Below are positions 18,668 to 30,190 of a DNA stretch of 64,000 nucleotides, one piece after another. The notes under the pieces are model-generated. The model did not search any database. It had not been told where the DNA came from and saw only the letters and a program-made list of their open reading frames with translations. This DNA is from Fibrobacteria bacterium (GTDB lineage: Bacteria; Fibrobacterota; Fibrobacteria; UBA11236): contig JAYTHY010000136.1 in NCBI GenBank assembly GCA_043732185.1, positions 2,326 to 66,325 of the forward strand, in the 5' to 3' direction. The translations under genes and the position numbers were made by a program. Numbering within the stretch: the first letter of the stretch is position 1; every line of letters starts with the position of its first letter.

Positions 18668-19754
18668 TAGTGCCTTTCGGATTCACACTACCGGAATTGG
18701 ACGGACTGATTTCGTTGGAACGACCCAGTCGACAGGTACCCTGGAGGGTACCGTCGGTGGGATAGCATTGGTTTCCGCCGCGGTAGCCTCGCAATTGCTC
18801 AAGCCATCGAAAGTACCGGTAACTTTTTATGGCGTGTCCGGTGATGATGAACACTCCTCAAATCTTCGGCACCTACTGGCGCAGTCCCCGCTGGATTTGA
18901 CCTGCTTTCGCCAGCGCCAAGGCTTTTCGCCTACGACAGGGAAAAGCGCAGAAGCGCAGGAGAGCCGGGAATCGGGCAGGGAGATTTACTCACACGAACC
19001 TGGAACAGTGGTATGGGACCCGTCTTTATTGGGTGAAAGTTTTTTTCAGGCCACCGTAAATGTTTATGCAGCTACTGGCATGGATGGGACTTGGCCTTTA
19101 GAATTGCCGGACCTGTTAGCCAAAGGCCATCGTCGTGGAGCATTGAATGTGGTTGTATTGGGAGCGGATCCGATAGCGGGACGCGTCGCTGCGGGGGCGC
19201 CATTGAATTTTAAAGTCGATGGGACGTATTCCCATATCGACTTGCTGTTGGCGGACGAGCAAGGAGTGTGTCAATTAGCGGGGCAACCGGATATTTCCGA
19301 ATCCATCCATTCCCTATTGCAAGCTGGCCTTCCCGCTGTGATTGTCACGCACGGGTCCGGTTCGATGGAATACCGCTCACAGGGTGGCGCTTTTGGGCAG
19401 TCCAACGGCATTGTTCCCATGCATCCAGAATTGCTTGCACTCTCCGAAAATAGCGCGCATTCCAATGGGGACGATAAGGGTGTGGTGGACAACTTTCTGG
19501 CCGGCTTGCTTACGGATTTAATGCTTCAAATACTAGCGGATGATTTTTATCCCAAAGGTGAGCTCCATATCGAGCGGGAACTTCTGGAGATTTGTCCGTT
19601 GCGTATACGCCATGCCACTGAATTCGGAGTTGCGGCCGCAGGTTTGGCACGTTTACGAAAGGGTGGATTTCACATTGAGGCAAATCGGGGCGAACGTTTG
19701 TCCCAGGTGCGAAAATATTTTCCAGATAGCGCGCCCGTTGGACGCCCTTGGTAA
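18660..19754 (+). CDS. PfkB/ribokinase-family carbohydrate-kinase-like protein with degenerate motifs
   Basis: GGIALVSAAVASQL resembles PfkB signature 1. The C-terminal DTxGAGD motif is replaced by ATEFGVAAAGLA. Confidence 0.35.
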   Translation: MSSSAFRIHTTGIGRTDFVGTTQSTGTLEGTVGGIALVSAAVASQLLKPSKVPVTFYGVSGDDEHSSNLRHLLAQSPLDLTCFRQRQGFSPTTGKSAEAQESRESGREIYSHEPGTVVWDPSLLGESFFQATVNVYAATGMDGTWPLELPDLLAKGHRRGALNVVVLGADPIAGRVAAGAPLNFKVDGTYSHIDLLLADEQGVCQLAGQPDISESIHSLLQAGLPAVIVTHGSGSMEYRSQGGAFGQSNGIVPMHPELLALSENSAHSNGDDKGVVDNFLAGLLTDLMLQILADDFYPKGELHIERELLEICPLRIRHATEFGVAAAGLARLRKGGFHIEANRGERLSQVRKYFPDSAPVGRPW

Positions 19755-19763
19755 ATTAGTCAG

Positions 19764-20297
19764 ATGAGTAATCGAAAATTTTTTGTTCTCAACGCGATTT
19801 TCAGCTCCGTAGCATTGTCTTTTCTTTTTTGGCTGCTTTACTTTCGGCAGGGAAGGGGGGAAGCCGGCTGGCTAGATTTTCTTCCCAGTGTTAATGCAAT
19901 TTTAAATTCTCTGACTACAGCTTTTCTCATTCGAGGATTTATAGCCATAAAATCCGGCAATAGGAAGCTGCATGCTCTTTGCCAAAAATCTGCCTTTGGC
20001 TTCTCCACGCTTTTTCTGATCTGCTATATCCTGTACCACAGTTTTCACGGGGACTCTCATTTTCCGGGTCAAGGTATCATCCGACCCATTTATTTCCTGA
20101 TTCTCATCTCGCATATAGTTCTTTCCGTAGCTGCATTGCCCATGGTTCTGACAACATTTTTCTTCGCATTGAGCGGCCGCCTGGATATGCATCGTAAGCT
20201 GGCCAAAATTACTTTGCCAATTTGGCTATACGTTTCCATCACTGGCGTACTGATCTTTGCGCTTCTTAAAGCCTACACACCATCACAGGTTGGATAG
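19764..20297 (+). CDS. DUF420 (CtaM-like) membrane protein associated with haem-copper oxidase operons
   Basis: 177 aa with about 4 TM helices, lying directly upstream of ctaA/ctaB. CtaM of Bacillus belongs to DUF420 (established knowledge). Confidence 0.5.
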   Translation: MSNRKFFVLNAIFSSVALSFLFWLLYFRQGRGEAGWLDFLPSVNAILNSLTTAFLIRGFIAIKSGNRKLHALCQKSAFGFSTLFLICYILYHSFHGDSHFPGQGIIRPIYFLILISHIVLSVAALPMVLTTFFFALSGRLDMHRKLAKITLPIWLYVSITGVLIFALLKAYTPSQVG

Positions 20298-20395
20298 TGG
20301 CGCTGCTGTTTTGACCAACGTAGACGGTCCTAATGGCTAGCCAGGCCCTTGGGAAATTGATACTTTAGCCAGCCATTCATGCCAGCCAACTCCCC

Positions 20396-21352
20396 ATGAA
20401 ATCGCACCCATCCAACCCACATCTGGCTTCACTCCATTTTTATGCTGTTGCGTTGAGTATAGCGACATTCCTGCTCCTCTTTGCTGGGGGAATGGTTACC
20501 AGTACCAACTCCGGCCTTTCCGTGCCGGACTGGCCCACTACCTTCGGACAAAACATGTTCACTTTTCCACCCTCCATGATGAAAGGTGGAATCTTTTATG
20601 AACATGGACATCGTCTACTGGCATCCCTGGTTGGATTGCTTACGGTAGGCCTATGCGTATTTTTTTGGATCCGGGAAAAACGTCGTTGGCTGCAGTGGAC
20701 GGGAACCGCAGCTTTACTTCTGGTACTCATACAAGGAATTTTAGGAGGGTTGACTGTTCGGCTTAAGTTGCCCATGCCGGTTTCAGCGGCCCATGCGTGC
20801 ACGGCGGAACTTTTTTTCTTGCTGACCCTACTGATGGCCTTCGCCACATCCAAAGTTTGGATGTGTTCTCCACCCCGCGACGGTGGCGTCAGGATTCCGG
20901 AACAATGGCTGGCTGGATTGTTTTGCCTGGCCGTATTTTTACAAATACTGGTAGGGGCAGTGATGCGCCACAGTTATGCCGGTTTGGCCATTCCTACTTT
21001 TCCCCTAGCCTTTGGTCAGTTTATCCCACCTTTTTGGAATTTTGGGATATTCGTTCAATTCTTGCACACTCGGATCTTGGCATCTGTTCTTGTTGCTCTC
21101 GGCTCAGCCTTGATCTTCCGGGTCCTTTTATCACATCATCAGGCTAAAATGGCCAAGAACCTTGCCGGATTTCTCGGAATAGGCCTTACCCTTCAATGTC
21201 TTTTAGGCATGTTTACAATTTGGTCTGGAAAGGCTCCCGTGCCCACAACTTTTCACCTGTCGGTAGGTGCCTTGGTATTCGGCACTGGATTTCTACTCTT
21301 CCTAACCATCAGCCGGTTTCCAAAACCGATCCAAGATGGAAAGTCCCAGTGA
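20396..21352 (+). CDS. ctaA: Haem A synthase (CtaA/COX15)
   Basis: 318 aa, polytopic, with a conserved YEHGHR-containing N-terminal half and a repeated C-terminal half. Confidence 0.85.
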   Translation: MKSHPSNPHLASLHFYAVALSIATFLLLFAGGMVTSTNSGLSVPDWPTTFGQNMFTFPPSMMKGGIFYEHGHRLLASLVGLLTVGLCVFFWIREKRRWLQWTGTAALLLVLIQGILGGLTVRLKLPMPVSAAHACTAELFFLLTLLMAFATSKVWMCSPPRDGGVRIPEQWLAGLFCLAVFLQILVGAVMRHSYAGLAIPTFPLAFGQFIPPFWNFGIFVQFLHTRILASVLVALGSALIFRVLLSHHQAKMAKNLAGFLGIGLTLQCLLGMFTIWSGKAPVPTTFHLSVGALVFGTGFLLFLTISRFPKPIQDGKSQ

Positions 21353-21387
21353 GCCTTAAAACCAAGTCTTTATCCGCGTTTGTGGAA

Positions 21388-22227
21388 ATGTGGAAACTGA
21401 AAATGGTTTTCCATATCCTGATTACCACCTTTGTGGGCTTTTATATGGGCAGTAAAGAGCACCTGGATTTTGCGCTACTTTGGCGCACTTTACTGGGAAC
21501 CGGAATACTAGCCATCGGTGCTTTTGCCCTGAATCAAGCCATTGAAAAAGACTATGACAAGTTGATGGTACGCACTTCTGGACGGCCCTTACCAACAGAA
21601 AGAGTGAGTCGAACTCTTGCTTTTATTTTTGGATTGCTTTGTTTCGTTTTGGGCACCGGTTTTCTCTGGCGCTATACCAACATCCTGACCGCCATACTAG
21701 GCGGATCTACCGTGATTTTATATGCAGCCGTTTACACTCCCCTTAAACGCATTTCGAGCCTCAATACGCTAGTTGGCGCAATTCCAGGTGCATTACCACC
21801 TCTCATGGGTTGGACGGCCATTCAGAACAACTTAGGCCTGGGCGGACTAGCATTAACGGCGATTCTATTCTTTTGGCAATTGCCCCACTTTTTGGCTTTG
21901 GCACTGATGTACCAAGAAGACTACCGATTGGGAGGCTTCAAAATGTTGAGCGTTACCGATCCGTCAGGAGAGGCGTGCTATCGGCATATCATCTTGCAAA
22001 CCCTGGTATTGGTGTTGGTATCAACCTTTCCATTTTTATTCCATTTGGCTGGTCCTTGGTATTTGGCAAGCGCGTTAATCGGAGGGGCCCTGTTTCTGTA
22101 TTCAGCTGTCTCGCTCTCGCGTCGTCGCAACAGAATTGCCGCGCGAGCCGTTTTTTTTACCTCGCTTATTTTTCTGCCAGTTCTGCTTTTGATCATGGCT
22201 TGGGACAAAACCATACTTTTTGTTTAA
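21388..22227 (+). CDS. ctaB: Protohaem IX farnesyltransferase (haem O synthase)
   Basis: UbiA-family motifs NQAIEKDYDKLMVRTSGRPLP and YTPLKR. The start is set at the Met after the ctaA stop; the ORF is open from 21196. Confidence 0.85.
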   Translation: MWKLKMVFHILITTFVGFYMGSKEHLDFALLWRTLLGTGILAIGAFALNQAIEKDYDKLMVRTSGRPLPTERVSRTLAFIFGLLCFVLGTGFLWRYTNILTAILGGSTVILYAAVYTPLKRISSLNTLVGAIPGALPPLMGWTAIQNNLGLGGLALTAILFFWQLPHFLALALMYQEDYRLGGFKMLSVTDPSGEACYRHIILQTLVLVLVSTFPFLFHLAGPWYLASALIGGALFLYSAVSLSRRRNRIAARAVFFTSLIFLPVLLLIMAWDKTILFV

Positions 22228-22564
22228 CTATTTACTAACCGTTTAAGTATTTGATACTAGGTGATATAGCCTTGGCGAGTAGGTCGGTCAGCAAGTCGCT
22301 CACTAGCTGTAGCGCATTCATCGATTTTTATCGATTGCGAATTTGTCCTCGCCCAAATTTGATTGCAGCTTGAACTCAGCAAAAATAAACCTTGCGCATG
22401 ACTTTGCCGCTGACCTATACTCTGGGCAATATTATCGTTAAAATTTAAGGAAGTCATATTGCAATTAGAAATTCCGAGTGCTATCTTTTTCGCCCGATAA
22501 TGCAAGAACCGAATAAAATCGTACAACGCCTTCTCGCTCCAATTTATCCACGGAGAGCTGCTTA

Positions 22565-23206
22565 ATGGTATTCCCAAAGTGGACCAACAAGATACCGACC
22601 ATCCTTGTGGTTTCGGCTTTCGGAACTCTTTGCGCTTTGATCTTTATTTTTTGGTATTGGCTTTCGCCCAAGCACCTTAATGTGGGCTACATGCCCCAAC
22701 AACCCGTGCACTATAGCCATAAGTTGCATGCAGGCGAATTAGGAATCGATTGCCGCTATTGCCATTTCAATGTTGAGCGTGGCCAGTTTGCGGGAGTGCC
22801 ACCCACAGAAGTGTGCATGAACTGCCATAGCTTGATTAAAACGACCTCTCCGGAAATCATCAAGATTCGGGAAGCTTTTTCAAGTGGCGTGCCCATTCCG
22901 TGGGTGCGTATCCATAAACTTCCTGAGTTCGCCTATTTCAATCATAGCGCCCATGTTAATAAGGGTGTCAGCTGCGTCAGTTGCCATGGCAGAGTGGACC
23001 AGATGGATGTTGTCCGCGAGGTTGAACCTTTGGGAATGTCCTGGTGTTTGGACTGTCATAAGAATCCCGCCCCGAATATTCGCGACCGCAAACTCGTCAC
23101 TAAATTGGCTTGGCACCCGGATGGGGATCCAGCCGAGAATGGGCGAAAGTTCATGGAATTGTATCACGTTAATACCAGAACGGATTGTTCAACATGTCAC
23201 CGCTGA
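22565..23206 (+). CDS. actA: Alternative complex III subunit ActA (pentahaem cytochrome c)
   Basis: N-terminal TM helix and five CxxCH motifs (CRYCH, CMNCH, CVSCH, CLDCH, CSTCH). Confidence 0.85.
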   Translation: MVFPKWTNKIPTILVVSAFGTLCALIFIFWYWLSPKHLNVGYMPQQPVHYSHKLHAGELGIDCRYCHFNVERGQFAGVPPTEVCMNCHSLIKTTSPEIIKIREAFSSGVPIPWVRIHKLPEFAYFNHSAHVNKGVSCVSCHGRVDQMDVVREVEPLGMSWCLDCHKNPAPNIRDRKLVTKLAWHPDGDPAENGRKFMELYHVNTRTDCSTCHR

Positions 23207-26200
23207 ATCTGGACCCTAAGAATACCGGAAAGCAGTATTGGAAGAGCTTGGACGAGCTGGGTGAAGCTCCCGAGTTCAAAGAATTCCTCCACCGGGAATT
23301 TCCTGAGGGTGCAGCCGAAATGGGCAGCGGTGTGTCGCGCCGAAAATTTCTGCAGGTCATGGGTGCTGGAATGGCTTTGGCCGGAGTGTCCGGTTGCAAA
23401 GCTATCCGCAGACCCGAGCAGAATATTCTCACCTACAATAAAACGCCGGAAAGTTTGATTCCAGGCGTTCCCCAGTTCTACGCAACTACCATGACCGTTG
23501 GTGGTGAATCCGTTGGACTTTTAGTCGAAAGCCATGAAGGTCGGCCTACCAAAGTTGAGGGCAATCCCAAGCATCCCTCCAGTTTGGGCGGAACGACTCG
23601 TTACAATCAAGCATCGGTCCTTGGCCTATACGATCCGGACCGGAGTCAAGTTCCCTTAAAAGGCGGAGTGGAATCTTCCTGGACCTCATTTTGGTCGGAA
23701 ATGGAAAGCGTACTAGCAGGTTACAAAGCCAATGGTGGGCAAGGCCTGTGCTTTCTGAGTGGATTTATTGGTTCACCCTCCCTTGCCGACACCAAGTCTG
23801 CAGTATTAAAAGCGTTTCCGAATGCAAAGTGGACTACTTATGAATCCGTGAACAACGATGGCCAGGCTGAGGGATTACGAGCCGTCACGGGTGCTGATCT
23901 GGTACCTCATTACAAATTTGGATCCGTCAAACGCGCGCTCTCCATCGATTCCGATTTTTTTGAGTCGGAATCAAACCATATTGCCAATGCCAAGGCCTTC
24001 GTCAAAACTCGGAATCCGGATCTGGGTATCGAGACCATGAGTCGGTTGTACGTGGTGGAATCTCAGTTTTCGCCAACGGGTGGATCGGCCGATCATCGTC
24101 TGCGCGTCAAACCAAGTCAAATTGTTCCTGTTCTCATTCTCATCGCCAAGGAACTGCAGACGCAAAGTCTTACATTGGGGGAATGGGCTGAAGACGTTGC
24201 AGCATTGGCTGCGGATGCGTCTACTGCGGGCGTTAAAGCGGAGTGGATAACTGAGGTTGCGAAAGATTTAATAGCCCATAAGGGTACATCACTAATATTG
24301 GTTGGGAAATATCAACCTGCATTGGCTCACGCTCTCGCTCATGTCCTGAATGTAGGCCTAGGTAACTTAAACGCTACTCTTGAATATCGTCCTTCGGCAG
24401 TTCGCTTACTTAACGGCGCAACGGCAGGCTCGTATACTTCTATCCAGGATTTGGCCACTGCTATGGAAGCGGGTCAGGTTGAAACATTGTTTATTTTGGA
24501 CAGTAATCCTGCATTCACCACTCCCAAGGATGTTCAATTTGCCAGCCGCTTAGGCAAAGTTAAGCGTGTCATCCATGCAGGCTCAGAGGTGGATGAGACG
24601 GCACTATTGTCCGGCTGGCATTTGCCGCTTAACCACTTCATGGAAGAGTGGGGCGACGGCTTGGCCTATGACGGAACTGCTGCAATCGCCCAGCCGTTGA
24701 TCGCGCCCATGTACGCCACTCAGGGCCTTTCGGAAATCTTGGCCGGGGTTGCGGGTCTCCCCAACGGCAAGAGCTACGATATCGTCAAAGAATATTGGCG
24801 GAAACAAAGCGCCAGTGTCGATTTCGAGCATGTCTGGCGTCGCTGGCTGAATGAAGGCATTATTGAGAAGTCCACCTACGCCACGGTCCAACCAGGTGCC
24901 GTTAAGAATGGCATTTCCCAAACGGCGCAAGCCTATCTTGCCATCGCTAGTTCTGTAAAACCCGGAAACCTGGAAATCCAGTTCCGCGCGCACCCCAATT
25001 TGTATGACGGACGCTATGCCAATAACGCTTGGCTGCAGGAATTGCCAGATCCAATTACCAAATTGACCTGGGACAATGCTGTTTTTATTAGTCCTAAGCT
25101 GGCAGATAAGCTCGGCATCACTAGCCAGCTCTTTCTCAAAGACAAAACAGGTACTACCCCTGGTGAATACCGTAATCGCCCTATGGTTAAACTGACCGTA
25201 CATGGCAACAGTTTGGAAGCCGTAGCGTGGATTGTACCCGGCCTTGCAAATGAAACTGTCCTGCTGCATTTTGGATATGGACGCAGAAAGACGGGCAAGG
25301 TTGGTACCGGTTCCGGCTTTGACGCCTACGGCCTCATGGATAGCAAAAACCCATTCTTTGGTTCGGACGTTCAATTAGAAGCAACCGGCGGGTTGTACGA
25401 AGTTGCCTGTACACAGGATCATTGGTCCTTGGAAGGACGCCCGATTGTCCGCGAATCCAGCCTTGAGGGCTATGAAGAGAATAAGGACGAAGCGTTTTCT
25501 GAAGAAAAGTGGAATGAACACCCTGGCTCTAAACCGGGTGAATTAGAAAAATCCCTTTGGACGGAAGCACCAGCATCCAAGGGCGGCGATCGAGGAACCT
25601 TTGACTTTACCACGGGAATGCAATGGGGTATGGTCATTGACTTCAATAGTTGTACCGGTTGTAACACGTGTTTGATCGCCTGCACATCCGAGAATAATGT
25701 TCCCGTAGTAGGTAAGGAACAGGTTTTACGGGGTCGGGAAATGCATTGGATACGGCTGGATCGATATTTCTCAGGAAACATCGACAACCCTGATCTGGTC
25801 TTCCAGATCATGACCTGCCAACAATGCGAAAACGCTCCATGCGAAGAAGTGTGTCCTGTAGCCGCGACCACGCACACCCATGAGGGTTTAAATGATATGG
25901 TTTACAACCGTTGCGTGGGCACTCGTTACTGTTCCAACAATTGCCCCTATAAGGTTCGGCGCTTTAACTTTTTCAACTACACCAGCGAATGGAAGAATTC
26001 ACCACTGGCCATGCAGAAGAATCCGGATGTAACCGTACGCTTTCGCGGTGTCATGGAAAAATGCACCTATTGCGTGCAGCGCATCAATCGGGCCCGTATC
26101 CAATACAAGAACAAGGGCCAGGAAGTTATTCCAGATGGCGCAGTGACTCCGGCTTGTGCCCAGGCGTGTCCAACCGATGCTATCATTTTTGGTAACATCA

Positions 26201-26343
26201 ACGACCCTGCTAGCCGCGTTGCCAAGCTAAAAAGTCATCCCCGCAATTATGGCGTGCTGCGGGATATCAATACCAAGCCCCGGACCAGCTATCTCGGCCG
26301 CGTTCGGAATCCCAATAAAGCCATCGAGAAAATCCAGGCATAA
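23185..26343 (+). CDS. actB: ACIII subunit ActB (fused molybdopterin-oxidoreductase-like plus 4Fe-4S ferredoxin domains)
   Basis: Tat-type [19 protein letters not shown]. Large CISM-like domain, then Cys clusters [33 protein letters not shown]...CAQAC. 1052 aa. Confidence 0.85.
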   Translation: MFNMSPLNLDPKNTGKQYWKSLDELGEAPEFKEFLHREFPEGAAEMGSGVSRRKFLQVMGAGMALAGVSGCKAIRRPEQNILTYNKTPESLIPGVPQFYATTMTVGGESVGLLVESHEGRPTKVEGNPKHPSSLGGTTRYNQASVLGLYDPDRSQVPLKGGVESSWTSFWSEMESVLAGYKANGGQGLCFLSGFIGSPSLADTKSAVLKAFPNAKWTTYESVNNDGQAEGLRAVTGADLVPHYKFGSVKRALSIDSDFFESESNHIANAKAFVKTRNPDLGIETMSRLYVVESQFSPTGGSADHRLRVKPSQIVPVLILIAKELQTQSLTLGEWAEDVAALAADASTAGVKAEWITEVAKDLIAHKGTSLILVGKYQPALAHALAHVLNVGLGNLNATLEYRPSAVRLLNGATAGSYTSIQDLATAMEAGQVETLFILDSNPAFTTPKDVQFASRLGKVKRVIHAGSEVDETALLSGWHLPLNHFMEEWGDGLAYDGTAAIAQPLIAPMYATQGLSEILAGVAGLPNGKSYDIVKEYWRKQSASVDFEHVWRRWLNEGIIEKSTYATVQPGAVKNGISQTAQAYLAIASSVKPGNLEIQFRAHPNLYDGRYANNAWLQELPDPITKLTWDNAVFISPKLADKLGITSQLFLKDKTGTTPGEYRNRPMVKLTVHGNSLEAVAWIVPGLANETVLLHFGYGRRKTGKVGTGSGFDAYGLMDSKNPFFGSDVQLEATGGLYEVACTQDHWSLEGRPIVRESSLEGYEENKDEAFSEEKWNEHPGSKPGELEKSLWTEAPASKGGDRGTFDFTTGMQWGMVIDFNSCTGCNTCLIACTSENNVPVVGKEQVLRGREMHWIRLDRYFSGNIDNPDLVFQIMTCQQCENAPCEEVCPVAATTHTHEGLNDMVYNRCVGTRYCSNNCPYKVRRFNFFNYTSEWKNSPLAMQKNPDVTVRFRGVMEKCTYCVQRINRARIQYKNKGQEVIPDGAVTPACAQACPTDAIIFGNINDPASRVAKLKSHPRNYGVLRDINTKPRTSYLGRVRNPNKAIEKIQA

Positions 26344-26368
26344 GGACCCGGGCAAGGGACAAAAGGCA

Positions 26369-27802
26369 ATGAATCGCATGATGCTACACGACGACAACGA
26401 TCCCACACGCAGGCCAGTCCTGGTTGAGACCGGTGACTTCCACGAAGTTACCGAGATCATCAGTTCCCCTGCGGAAAAGAAACCCACAGCGACTTGGGTG
26501 ATATTGCTCTTGATGAGTTTATCGCTTCTATCCCTACTGATTGGCCTTCTCGGATACCTATTCTGGCAAGGAACAGGCGTTTGGGGCGTCAATATTCCCG
26601 TAGGCTGGGGTTGGGCCATTGTGAACTTTGTGTGGTGGATCGGTATCGGTCATGCAGGAACTTTGATTTCCGCTATTCTTTTCCTATTCCGACAAAGGTG
26701 GCGTACCGCTATCAATCGCTTCTCGGAAGCCATGACCATTTTCGCGGTGATGTGCGCGGGTATTTTCCCAGTTGTTCACGTCGGCCGAATCTGGGTCATT
26801 TACTATGTGTTCCCGATTCCAAACCAGATGGCTGTATGGCCAAATTTCAGAAGCCCACTTTTGTGGGACGTTTTTGCGGTCAGCACGTACTTTACTGTTT
26901 CCCTGCTCTTTTGGTACATGGGCTTGATTCCCGACTTGGCTACTTTTCGCGACCGGGCAACATCCGGTGTGAGAAAATTTATATTGGCAATATTCGCTTT
27001 GGGCTGGCGTGGTTCCGCCCGGCATTGGCAGAATTATGAACGCGCCTATTTGATCCTGGCTGCCATTTCTACACCGCTGGTACTCTCCGTGCACTCCATT
27101 GTGTCCTTCGACTTTGCCGTATCCAAGGTGCCTGGCTGGCACACCACAATCTTCCCTCCCTATTTCGTCGCTGGTGCTGTGTTCTCGGGATTCGCACTTG
27201 TGGAAACTCTACTGCTCATTGCACGCCAAGTTTTTGGTTTGCATAAGGTGGTGCGCATGCATCATCTAGATAACATGAATAAGTTCATGTTGCTTACTGG
27301 GTCCCTTGTAGGTTACGCCTATGCGATGGAGGTGTTCATCGCCTGGTACAGCGGAAATATCTATGAGCGGTTCGCCTTTTGGAATAGGGCCTTCGGTACT
27401 TACTGGTGGGCTTATTTAATCATGGTATCGTGCAATGTTATTGCTCCACAACTTTTCTGGTTCAAGAAAATTCGATTCAGCATTCCTATCATGTTCATCA
27501 TTACCATTGTCATCAATATCGGCATGTGGTTTGAACGATTCGTAATCGTCATCACCCTGCATGCGGACTTTTTGCCTTCTTCATGGGGTTACTATCGGCC
27601 AACCTGGGTGGACATTTGGACCTACGTGGGCACGTTTGGATTGTTTGGAACGTTTTTCCTCCTTTTCCTGAAATTTTTACCTCAACTAGCTATCGCTGAA
27701 GTTAAAGGAGTTATGCCTGAAGCCAGTCCGCATTTTGGACACGATCAGATCGCGCATAACGAACCTTCCGGTGCAGCGGGCCAGAAAGGCAGAGGGCATT
27801 GA
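26369..27802 (+). CDS. actC: ACIII subunit ActC (NrfD/PsrC-like quinol-interacting membrane subunit)
   Basis: Polytopic NrfD-like protein. The start is set at the Met after the actB stop; the ORF is open from 26249. Confidence 0.8.
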   Translation: MNRMMLHDDNDPTRRPVLVETGDFHEVTEIISSPAEKKPTATWVILLLMSLSLLSLLIGLLGYLFWQGTGVWGVNIPVGWGWAIVNFVWWIGIGHAGTLISAILFLFRQRWRTAINRFSEAMTIFAVMCAGIFPVVHVGRIWVIYYVFPIPNQMAVWPNFRSPLLWDVFAVSTYFTVSLLFWYMGLIPDLATFRDRATSGVRKFILAIFALGWRGSARHWQNYERAYLILAAISTPLVLSVHSIVSFDFAVSKVPGWHTTIFPPYFVAGAVFSGFALVETLLLIARQVFGLHKVVRMHHLDNMNKFMLLTGSLVGYAYAMEVFIAWYSGNIYERFAFWNRAFGTYWWAYLIMVSCNVIAPQLFWFKKIRFSIPIMFIITIVINIGMWFERFVIVITLHADFLPSSWGYYRPTWVDIWTYVGTFGLFGTFFLLFLKFLPQLAIAEVKGVMPEASPHFGHDQIAHNEPSGAAGQKGRGH

Positions 27803-27804
27803 AA

Positions 27805-28359
27805 ATGGAAAAAACCCGCTCCGAAGCCAAGCCGAAAATTTTTGGTATTCTCGCTGAATTCAAAAGCCCGGCGGCTGTCTATCATGCTGCAGAAAAGGTC
27901 CGGGATCAGGGTTTTAAGCGCTGGGATGTGCATTCTCCATATCCTATTCATGGCATTGATGGGGCGATGGGAATCGGTGATTCTCGAATGGGTTGGATAG
28001 CTTTGTTCATGGCGATGGCTGGCGCATTTGGTGGTTTTGGCCTTCAGTATTGGATCAATGTCTATGCCCAGCCCGTGCTGATTGGTGGAAAGGCTATGAA
28101 TCCGTATCCGGTGTTTGTTCCCGTTACTTTTGAACCTGGGATTCTTTTTACGGCCTTCGGATGCATTTTTGGAATGTTGGTCCTAAATGGTTTGCCTCGC
28201 TTGTACCATGCTCTGTTTAAGAGCAAGAATTTTCACCGCTTTTCCGACAACAGTTTTTTCATCAGTATCGAAGCCAAGGACCCGCGCTTTAGCGTAAATG
28301 ATACGCGGAAATTACTAGAGGATATCGGTGGAACCAATATCGAAGTCTTGGAGGATTGA
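27805..28359 (+). CDS. actD: ACIII subunit ActD (DUF3341)
   Basis: About 185 aa with a central two-TM segment, in the canonical operon position. Confidence 0.7.
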   Translation: MEKTRSEAKPKIFGILAEFKSPAAVYHAAEKVRDQGFKRWDVHSPYPIHGIDGAMGIGDSRMGWIALFMAMAGAFGGFGLQYWINVYAQPVLIGGKAMNPYPVFVPVTFEPGILFTAFGCIFGMLVLNGLPRLYHALFKSKNFHRFSDNSFFISIEAKDPRFSVNDTRKLLEDIGGTNIEVLED

Positions 28360-28363
28360 GCCT

Positions 28364-28978
28364 TTGAAATCCCAAATTCGAAATTTGCTCGTCTTAACAG
28401 CTCTCGGAATGCTTTCGAGTATACTGGGATGTCGCGGTCAAACCACGGAAGAACGTCCCCTCTGGATTAAACACGGAATGGAATTCCAGCCTAAGTGGTT
28501 ACCCTATGGAAAAAACACCTTCTACGCCGACGGACGGAATATGCGAGCTCCTCCTGAAGGGACTGTTGCCGTAGGCTTGGTCAAGGAAGATGATGCGTAC
28601 TATCGCGGCGGAGAAGGACCGGATCATTGGGTTACAACCAATCCAGTTAAAGTCACGGCTGATTTGATGGAACGAGGTAAGGACCGATTCACCATTTACT
28701 GTACGCCTTGCCACGGTCAAACCGGTGTTGGCAATGGTATTGTCATTAAACGGGGCTTTATGGTTCCACCCAACTTTCATGATGAGCGTATTTTGACCAT
28801 GGCTGATGGTCAAATTTTCAGTACAATTTCCAATGGCGCGCGCTTGATGCCTTCATACGGCAAGCAAATTCCGGAAGAAGATCGTTGGGCCATTGTGGCC
28901 TATATCCGCGCATTGCAGCGGAGCCAGCGGGCCACCATTAGCGATGTTCCCGAGAGCGAACGCGCCCAACTGCAGTAG
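28364..28978 (+). CDS. actE: ACIII subunit ActE (monohaem cytochrome c lipoprotein)
   Basis: Single CTPCHG haem site. TTG start with GGAGGA SD gives the lipoprotein signal MKSQIRNLLVLTALGMLSSILGC. The ORF is open from 28328 and an alternative ATG lies at 28409. Confidence 0.7.
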   Translation: MKSQIRNLLVLTALGMLSSILGCRGQTTEERPLWIKHGMEFQPKWLPYGKNTFYADGRNMRAPPEGTVAVGLVKEDDAYYRGGEGPDHWVTTNPVKVTADLMERGKDRFTIYCTPCHGQTGVGNGIVIKRGFMVPPNFHDERILTMADGQIFSTISNGARLMPSYGKQIPEEDRWAIVAYIRALQRSQRATISDVPESERAQLQ

Positions 28979-28990
28979 CAAGGAATAGGG

Positions 28991-30190
28991 ATGTCACAGG
29001 ATAATTACCGATTGAACTTAAACCTGAAGGGTGGACCCATATTTTTGGGTCTTGGCATCCTGGGTGCTCTAGGTTGCGTCTTCAGTTTTATTAATAATCG
29101 CAAGGACTTTTTCTCTTCTTATCTCACGTCTGTGGCTTTCTTTTTAGCCATTTCCTTGGGAACTCTTTTCTTTGTCATGGTACAGCATCTGGCACGAGCG
29201 GGGTGGAGCACTACGGTTCGCCGATTGGCTGAAACCGTGGCCGCTAACTTAAAGTGGATGCCATTATTTTTCATTCCATTGGCCTTCGGGGTAAACGATC
29301 TTTTTCCTTGGCTCAATCCGGATATGCGTGCCCATGATATTCTGGTGCAAAAAAAGGCCGCCTATTTGAACATCACCTTTTTCACGATTAGACAAGTGTT
29401 TTATTTATCGGTTTGGTGGGTGCTAAGCTGGTACTTTTTGCGCACCTCGCTCAAACAAGATGAAACACGAGACCCCGGTTTATCGCCTCACATGGGGAAG
29501 GTGGCAGCGGGTGGATTGGCTCTTTTCGCCCTGACCCAAACCTTCTGGGCATTTGATTGGATTATGTCTTTGGAGCCCCATTGGTTTTCGACCATGTTCG
29601 GGGTGTACTTTTTTGCAGGGTCCATCGTAGCCCAGTATTGTGTTCTCATTTTGTTTATGACGGTGGCCCGGAAGGCAAGTGGGCGTGGAGATGTTTTCCG
29701 ACTAGAGCATTATCACGATTCTGGTAAGTTGCTTTTTGGCCACAATGTATTCTGGACTTATATCGGCTTCAGCCAATTTTTCCTCATCTACTACGCTAAT
29801 ATTCCCGAAGAAACCGTTTTCTTCTTGCATCGAGCTGCCGGATCCTGGAAAGTGGTCAGTTTGATGCTGCCATGGTTTCATTTTGCAGTTCCTTTTCTGT
29901 ACCTCATGTCATGGCATGTGAAACGTAATATTACGGCAATTTGCATTGGTGCGATTTGGCTATTGACCATGTGTTACATCGATATTTATTGGCTGATACA
30001 GCCAAATTTCCACCATGAAGGCGCTCATTTTGGAATAAGTGATATTAGCTCGATTTTAATGGTTGGCGGCTTCTTCATTTATTTGATTATTAATCGCTTC
30101 AAAACCTACAACTTCATACCTGCTGGGGATCCTCGCCTCAAAGAATGTCTAACCTATGACAATGGGATTATATCGCATGAGCAGCACTGA
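28991..30190 (+). CDS. actF: ACIII subunit ActF (second NrfD-like membrane subunit)
   Basis: 399-aa polytopic paralogue of ActC, in the canonical position. Confidence 0.75.
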   Translation: MSQDNYRLNLNLKGGPIFLGLGILGALGCVFSFINNRKDFFSSYLTSVAFFLAISLGTLFFVMVQHLARAGWSTTVRRLAETVAANLKWMPLFFIPLAFGVNDLFPWLNPDMRAHDILVQKKAAYLNITFFTIRQVFYLSVWWVLSWYFLRTSLKQDETRDPGLSPHMGKVAAGGLALFALTQTFWAFDWIMSLEPHWFSTMFGVYFFAGSIVAQYCVLILFMTVARKASGRGDVFRLEHYHDSGKLLFGHNVFWTYIGFSQFFLIYYANIPEETVFFLHRAAGSWKVVSLMLPWFHFAVPFLYLMSWHVKRNITAICIGAIWLLTMCYIDIYWLIQPNFHHEGAHFGISDISSILMVGGFFIYLIINRFKTYNFIPAGDPRLKECLTYDNGIISHEQH

